Origin: Eledone cirrhosa
Taxonomy: Eukaryota
DNA length: 64,000 nt
Direction of reading: 5' to 3'
Assembly: GCA_964016885.1 (NCBI GenBank)
Contig: OZ024742.1
Location: 356,438,001 to 356,502,000 of the forward strand
The notes beneath the pieces were generated by a model. It did no database searches, was not told the DNA's origin, and was given only the letters and a program-made list of their open reading frames with translations. Every line of letters begins with the position of its first letter. Position 1 is the stretch's first letter. Made by a program: the position numbers and the translations under genes. Shown here piece by piece: positions 56,927 through 64,000 of this stretch.

Positions 56927-57381
56927 GCTATTGTTTTAGAGTAGTGACAAATTCACTTACTTTAATCTCAGCAAGAGTCACCACTGTAAAACAATAGCAT
57001 ACGTTCTTCAAAATGCTTTTAATTAAGCATAAAGTGTATTGCAAAATACATTATATAGACATCCATATATATATATTGCTATTTCAGAGCTCCAATTCTA
57101 ATTTTTAATTTCTGCCTGACCAACAATCGCTCTGTATAATCAGTTCCTGATTATTTACTAGAATTCTATAAGAATATAACATCAGTAATCTCAGTAGACA
57201 GGAGGGGTAGTTAGCCTTGATAAGCTTCAACAAAAGCGAAACAAGGCTTTGTCGGCTTATCTCCCCTTTTTGCTGAGATCAAAGTAAGTGAATTTGTCAC
57301 TACTCTAAAACAATAGCATACGGTCTTCAAAATGCTTTTAATTAAGCATAAAGTGTATTGCAAAATACATTATATACACAT

Positions 57382-57385
<4 letters not shown>
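56927..57385 (+). repeat. HHR repeat family C: 319-bp unit x~1.3 with an inverted 5' piece (56927-56975); HHR at 57213-57257
   Basis: agcc-TTGATAA-GCTT caacaa AAGC-GAAACAAGGCTTTGTC-ggct. Homologous to 17898-18578. Confidence 0.85.
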
Positions 57386-57459
<74 letters not shown>

Positions 57460-57464
57460 ATATA

Positions 57465-57517
<53 letters not shown>

Positions 57518-57787
57518 GTATATATATAAATATATATGTATATATATGTATATATCTATATATATGTATATATATTATTTACGTATCGAGAAAGAGAAAA
57601 AAAGGGGGATAGGTGATACATATAGTTATTTGCCAAGTAGCGTATGCCAAAGGTGCTCGATACTAGTGCCGGCAGTATTAAATATTCGAAGTGTTAATAT
57701 TTAGTGGGCTAGAGAGTTAGCAGAGCGTAAGCACGTGGGAAAGTAAAAAATCGGAGAATAGACCGTTAAAACATGTTTATTTAAAAC

Positions 57788-57830
57788 AGCACCTACGTAC
57801 GTTTCGCCCAGTTGGGCTTCTCAAGGGCAT
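57788..57830 (-). ncRNA. HHR variant (U3:A8 core), probably in an inverted PLE terminal repeat
   Basis: The minus strand reads tgccc-TTGAGAA-GCCCA ac TGGGC-GAAACGTACGTA-ggtgc. Confidence 0.65.
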
Positions 57831-57895
57831 AAATAATCACAAGTGTTCCTTATATTGCTCGGAAAGAGTTTTTGGGGTTAAATCCACATCAAGGT

Positions 57896-58825
57896 TCATT
57901 GTGTATCCCCTTACCCAGCAGAAAAACCTATCTTAAACTGCTTATAGACGCTACTAATTCGTTTATACGGAGAGTGAGATGGAAGGCCTACTACCTGGAT
58001 AAGAACACCCGTAACCTTCCTGAACCTAAAGAGAAGTATGGCTTCAAAACATACCGAAACCCACCGCACAACACTTTACTGGACTCCTTTGAAGAGGACC
58101 TGCTGAAAATGATCAAAAACGTTAAGCTCAGAAAGAAACACCAATGCAGCAATCCATTCTTAACGTCCCTTGATACACTAATAACTAAGATCAAGAATGA
58201 CCCGCACCTCTTCGTCACCTCCGACAAAAGCAAAAAGCTGTACAAGATGGACGCGAGTGAGTATAAAAAATTAATCTATAAGGAACTACACAAAGACTAC
58301 AAAAAGACACCCTCTAGTACCCTAAATGACATAAATAGAGTAGGGAAGGATATAGTCACCAGCTTAGAAATAGAAAAGTACACTAACCCGTACGTCCCTC
58401 TGACGCCTAAATTCTCTCTTAAGGATCACAAATATGACTTTAATGAAAGCCCCTCTATTAGACTAATATGCCCCTCTACATCAGATATAGGTAAGATTAG
58501 TAAAGTGATCCTCGACAGAGTACTACTGGAGCTTAATAGAAAGGCTAAGGTCTGCCTCTGGGGCAACACCGACCAGGTCATAAATTTTTTCACCGAGTTG
58601 CCGGATAAAGCCACTCTGAAATTCATCCAGTTTGATATAGATAGTTACTACGCCTCTATCTCCCCCATACTCTTAAATAAGGCACGTATCTTAGCTAGAT
58701 CTAACACTAGCCTCACTAAAAAAGAAATAGACATAATTCTAGCGGCACGTAGAACCATTATCCAGTTCGAAGGCTCCCACTGGACCAGAACCAACCGTCC
58801 TGATAACATCGAAGTCACGATGGGG
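57896..58825 (+). pseudogene. Naiad-like PLE ORF N-terminus/RT, fragment 1
   Basis: CIPLPSRKTYLKLLI..FIRRVRWKAYY, YGFKT, SDKSKKLY, SLKDHK, IRLICP, FIQFDIDSYYASI. It breaks at EVTMG. Confidence 0.85.
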
Positions 58826-60255
58826 AAAAGCAGACAACAAACAGGATAAATTTGGGTTTAAAACCTATAATAACCTCCCGTGTAACCCAGCATTGCTACC
58901 CTCGAAAATTATGTCTTGGAACTCATACGGAGTATCAAATTTCGGAATAGGAGCAATTCCTTCCAGCAGGACCTGAAGAATAGAATTCGTTATATTAAGG
59001 ATTCTAATGCCGTGCACGTCCATTCCGACAAAACTGGCAACCTATATCAAGTGGAGCGCAGTACTTACCATCAACTACTACATGATGCTGTAACTAAGGA
59101 TTACCGTAAAACTAATCGGTGCGTCATCAATGAAATCAACGATGCTGGGTTTAAAATCACCTCTGATCCGAACCTCTTGACCCTATTTCTCCCCACTTTA
59201 CCCTGAAGGATCACAAATCTTATTTTCCGAACAACCCCTCTATTCGGCTTATTAACCCTACGAAGTCCGATTTAGGTAGACTTAGTAAAAGGATTCTTGA
59301 TAGAATTATACCAGAAATTAGAAGTTTGGCCCGTCTTGCACTGTGGAACAATTCTTTCGCGGTGATTGAACAAGGAACATTGCCGTTTTATCCAATTCAA
59401 CATCAACAATTACTACTCCTCCATCACTTTACCACTTGTCCTAAGAGCTATCAATTTCGCTAAAACACTCACAGTGGTTAAGGATTTCGAAGTTGATGTC
59501 ATCCTCAATGCCCGTAAGTCGGTGATTAATTTCGACGACTCTATTTGGATTAAAAAATCCAATAGTACGCCATTCGATGTGAGTATGGGCGCCAGCGATT
59601 CTGCGAAGGTTACTGATCTTATCGGCCTTTTCCTTCTTTTCTCTATCAAGGACGAATTCCCCAACGCGGGCGGTGGTTTGTACCGTGATGATGATCTTTT
59701 GACCATGACTAAGTGCGGCCCTCGTGCTTGCGACAGGTTCAGAAAAGAACTCAGCCGTCTTTAAAGGCTTCAACCTCTCAATACAGGTTGAGGCCAATCT
59801 CTCGGTCGTTAATTACATCGATGTTACCATCAATTTATCGAATGGGTTGTATTACCCGTATAGAAAGCCGAATAATACGATTAATTACATAAGTAAGCAT
59901 TCCAACCATCCTGCCAGCATAACTAAGAACCTGGTAAGAAATGTTTCGTTGAGGCTTTCCCGTCTATCTACTAACGAGCATATTTTCAACGACCATTCCA
60001 CTTATTACAATGAAGCTCTTGCTCGGAGTGGATTTGTCGATAAGGTAGCATATACTGAGTACGAAAATAGACCTAGAAGAAATAGATCCCGTCGCATTTG
60101 TTGGTATAACCCACCATATAATATGGAGGTGGCCACACCATTAGCTAAGATCTTTCTTTCACTTATTACGAAGCATTTTTCAGCCCTACACATAAATATA
60201 GTAACATTTTAAATAGAAATACTATTAAAATTTCTTACTCTACGACTCCTAACCT
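58826..60255 (+). pseudogene. Naiad-like PLE RT, fragment 2 (different subfamily, frameshifted)
   Basis: KFGFKT, HSDKTGNLY, TLKDHK, RLINPTKSDLG, FDVSMGASDSAKVTDLIG, GLYRDD, YYPYRKPNN, SNHPASI and RRICWYNPPY. Truncated at a (TA)n tract. Confidence 0.88.
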
Positions 60256-60386
60256 GTATATATATATGTATATATATATATATGTATATATATATGTATG
60301 TATATATGAATATATGTATATGTATATATATATGTATGTATATATGTATATATATATATATATGTATATATATAAATATATATGTA

Positions 60387-60429
<43 letters not shown>

Positions 60430-60512
60430 GTATATATATATATATGTGTATATATATATGTATATATGTATATATATATGTATATATGTATATATATATG
60501 TATATATATATG

Positions 60513-60544
<32 letters not shown>

Positions 60545-60563
60545 AGTGTATATATATATATGC

Positions 60564-60594
<31 letters not shown>

Positions 60595-60613
60595 TATACA
60601 TATATATATATAC

Positions 60614-60692
<79 letters not shown>

Positions 60693-60754
60693 CATATATA
60701 TATATACATATATATATACATATATATATATATATGCATATATATATATACACT

Positions 60755-60796
<42 letters not shown>

Positions 60797-61091
60797 CATA
60801 TATATATATACATATATATATACATATATACATATATATATATATACATATATACATATATATATACATATATATATATACATATATGTATATATACATA
60901 TATATATACATATATATATACATATATATATACGTATATATATATACATATATATATATACATATATACATATATATATACATATATATATATATACATA
61001 TATACATATATACATACATATATATATATACATATATACATATATACATACATATATATATACATATATAGATATATACATATATATATAC

Positions 61092-61164
<73 letters not shown>

Positions 61165-61232
61165 CATATATACATATACATATATATACATATATATATA
61201 TACATATATTATATATACATATATATATATAT

Positions 61233-61275
<43 letters not shown>

Positions 61276-61334
61276 TATACATATATATATATATACACAC
61301 ATATATATATATACATATATACATATACATATAT

Positions 61335-61419
<85 letters not shown>

Positions 61420-61426
61420 TATATAC

Positions 61427-61507
<81 letters not shown>

Positions 61508-61508
61508 A
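60256..61508. repeat. 1.25-kb imperfect (TA)n microsatellite with an internal strand flip
   Basis: The (TA)nTG pattern switches to (TA)nCA near 60590. Confidence 0.95.
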
Positions 61509-64000
61509 TAACTTTGAATAACTTTGAAATGTTTTGGCCAGTATTGGCCCAGGCCATGTCTAACTGAATAGCACCACCTGGCGAAGTCTTTCAACTCAGG
61601 ATTTGGGCACCATGGCCCATTCGAGAAGAGAATTACTGTTTGCGGAGACTTATCCGGGTGTGGGTGGTTTGTTCGGGATTACTTGGAGGAATTTGTCCAA
61701 ATACTTCTTGAATTCTGTGTGGTCAGTTTCTGTTTTGACGTGTGCTGGTGTGATGTTGAAGAGAGCAGGGCCAATTGAGGTGAAATAATTGTGTCGTATT
61801 GTTGTTATGTGTTGCGATTTAGATTTTTGTTTGGGACGGATAGCACGGGGCCCAAGCCTTGGGTGTATTTTGAAGGTTATGCCAACATCATTTAGGCACT
61901 GCTGATGAAACGTTTTCCACATCATGCAGATAATATAACGCTCACAGCGACGTTGGAGTGAGAAAAGTTTCAGCTTTTCTAGTCAACCCCAGTAGTCAAG
62001 GTCTGACATGCCATCTATCTTTTTTGTGATTGCCCTTTGGGGAGCTTCAAGTTTCATGATATTTTGTTTCGTGTGGGGAGACCACAGTGGACAACAGTAT
62101 TCAAGGTGTGGTCGAGCAAAAGTGGAGAAGAGAAGGATAATGGTGTGGGTATCTCTTGACTGGAAGGTTCTGAGGATCCAGGATCACATTCTGCAGGCCA
62201 TGTCAACTTTGCTGCTTATATGCGTGGCCCAGTTTATGTTGCTGTCCACGGTTACTCCCAAGTCTCTGATGTTGTTAGATGCCACGAGAGTTTCACCGGA
62301 GGGAAGGGAGTACGGGAGTTTCAGAGCATCCTCTTTTCCAAAGTGGATCAGTTCGAATTTGTCTTCGTTCAGTAACATGTTGTTCTTTTCCGCCCATTGG
62401 GTAACAGGCTGTAGGTCTGATTGAAGGCTTATCCGGTCATCCACGCCATTGATGACCTTTTGGAGCTTGGAATCTTCAGCGAAAATTCTAATGTTGCTGT
62501 GTTTGATGATGTAAGTGATGTCAGAAATATAGATGATGAAGAGAAGTGGGCCCAACACAGTGCCTTGTGGGACCCCACTACTGACTTTGGCTGGGCTGGA
62601 TTTGACTCCTTCGACTACAACATGTTGGGTTCTGTTTGACAGGAAGCTCTTGATCCACTGCAGCAGCTTGCCAGTGACACCAATATTGGACAGCTTTCTC
62701 AGTAGAATGTTGTCATCAACCCTGTCAAAGGCCTTGCTGAAATCAAGGTAGATAACATCAGTGTTGGAACCCTCTCCCAAGGCTCTCAAAATGTCATCAA
62801 AGTGATGCAGTAGCTGCGTCAGGCAATCCCTTCCATTACGGAATCCATGCTGGTTGGAGTTCAGCATATTGTTACTCTCAAGGAAGTGAGTCATTCGCGA
62901 TCTCATCACTCTCTCAAATAACTTAATGATATGAGAGGTGAGTGAGATTGGACGGTAATTCACGGCAAGGGATTTGTTTCCTTTTTTGAAAACTGAGACA
63001 ACAGACTGGGATAGAAAGTTTTCTGGCACATATCCAGCATCCAGTGAGTTCCGCCACAGATTGGCAAGAGGAGAAGCAAGTTGGTGTTGACACGCCTTCA
63101 AGACACAAGCAGGGAACCTATCGGGACCTTCTGCTGAATTATGCTTGATTTCCTTTATTGCCGCTAAGACATCAGAGGCGCCAAACGTTATGTCCGATAA
63201 GGTGTAATGGGGAGTAACATCGCCGATACAGCCCAGATCGGCCATATCAGGATTGCTGAAAACAGAGCAGTATTGTTTCTGCAGTATCTCACCCATGGTT
63301 TTAGCATTGTCTTGAAGAGTGCCATTTTCATCAATTAGAGGGCCAACAGTAGAGCCAGTGATTTTGTGTTTTTTTGCAAATGAAAAGAACACTTTGGGAT
63401 TGAGTTTGATCTTTTCAATGGCCGAGGGCTCTTCAGCTCTTCTCTGATTGTTGATGATAGAAATCATATTGTTTTGGAGGTTATGTTTTTTAATCTCTAG
63501 TGATGAAATGGCAGTCACGTTTATGTGTAGCTGCTGACGGTATTTCAGCTTGTTGATTTTTTTGTTAGTTCTCTTAATTTTCCTGATAAGCGTTTTTCTA
63601 TTTCTAGGGATTCTGCTCTTAGATTTGTTTCTAGTTCTTAATGGGGTGTGTTTTGCACATATGTTTGTAACAGTGTCCACAAATGTCTGCCAGGACTTTT
63701 TGATGTTAGTGGGTGTATGAGTGTGCGTCAAGGACCAATCGACATGTGCAAGATCATGACTGATCGCTTCCCAGTTTGCATTGTGGAAATCCATAGCGTC
63801 AAACGGATGGACAGGAGAGATGACATTGGGTTTGTATATTGGACGGTGAAATCTCAGATCACAGAGAACCATGTCATGAGCAGAGAGTAGAGTTTTCTCC
63901 ACTGCAATATTGTTGATATTGTCAGTGTGATTGCTGAAAATTAAGTCTAGGACGTTTTTGTGGCACCTCGTTGGTTCGAGCACCAGTTGGGACAGGAAGA
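61509..64000 (-). mobile_element. CR1/L2-group LINE, ORF2 (RT) with a few stops, plus 3' UTR and tail
   Basis: Motifs GPDRFP, NYRPISLTS, QHGFRNGR, YLDFSKAFDRV, SGVPQGTVLGPLLFIIY and FAED (FADD mutated). Stops at 62184, ~61983 and 61650; the ORF ends near 61596. The tail (TTCAAAGTTA)x2 abuts (TA)n. Confidence 0.92.

Noticed and set aside
57872-60255. Selenocysteine (in-frame UGA) recoding as reported for some Naiad PLEs
   Set aside because: The breaks I checked are frameshifts or TAA stops rather than in-frame TGA at Cys positions, and I recognised no SECIS.

Overview
AT-rich eukaryotic (animal) DNA with no supportable host protein-coding gene. The SINE/RTE repeats resemble octopus (cephalopod) repeats; this attribution is my inference. 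From 1 to 13 kb there are decayed RTE LINE/SINE pieces, two hAT-type MITEs with 8-bp TSDs, two back-to-back truncated Gypsy elements and a tandem array of tRNA-derived SINEs. From 13.4 to 61.5 kb lies a (TA)n-microsatellite hot spot packed with Penelope-like elements (PLEs) and hammerhead-ribozyme (HHR) repeats. The centrepiece is a ~28-kb tandem array (27.6-55.8 kb) of about 50 monomers of ~460-530 bp. Each monomer carries a type I hammerhead motif on the minus strand (acggtg-CUGAUGA-uAGCU aaca AGCUu-GAAAC UA GUA/caucgu), i.e. a retrozyme-like satellite predicted to make circular RNA. Next to it is a diverged sister family (470-bp dimer) that keeps the same predicted multi-hairpin fold through compensatory changes and keeps an octamer block. 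A third 320-bp HHR repeat family has a U3:A8 core. The family A and C HHR repeats and three of the PLE copies share one signature: they sit in (TA)n and carry an inverted piece at their 5' end, which suggests PLE-driven mobilisation. The window ends in a CR1/L2-group LINE. Ribozyme activity, expression and novelty are inferred, not tested.
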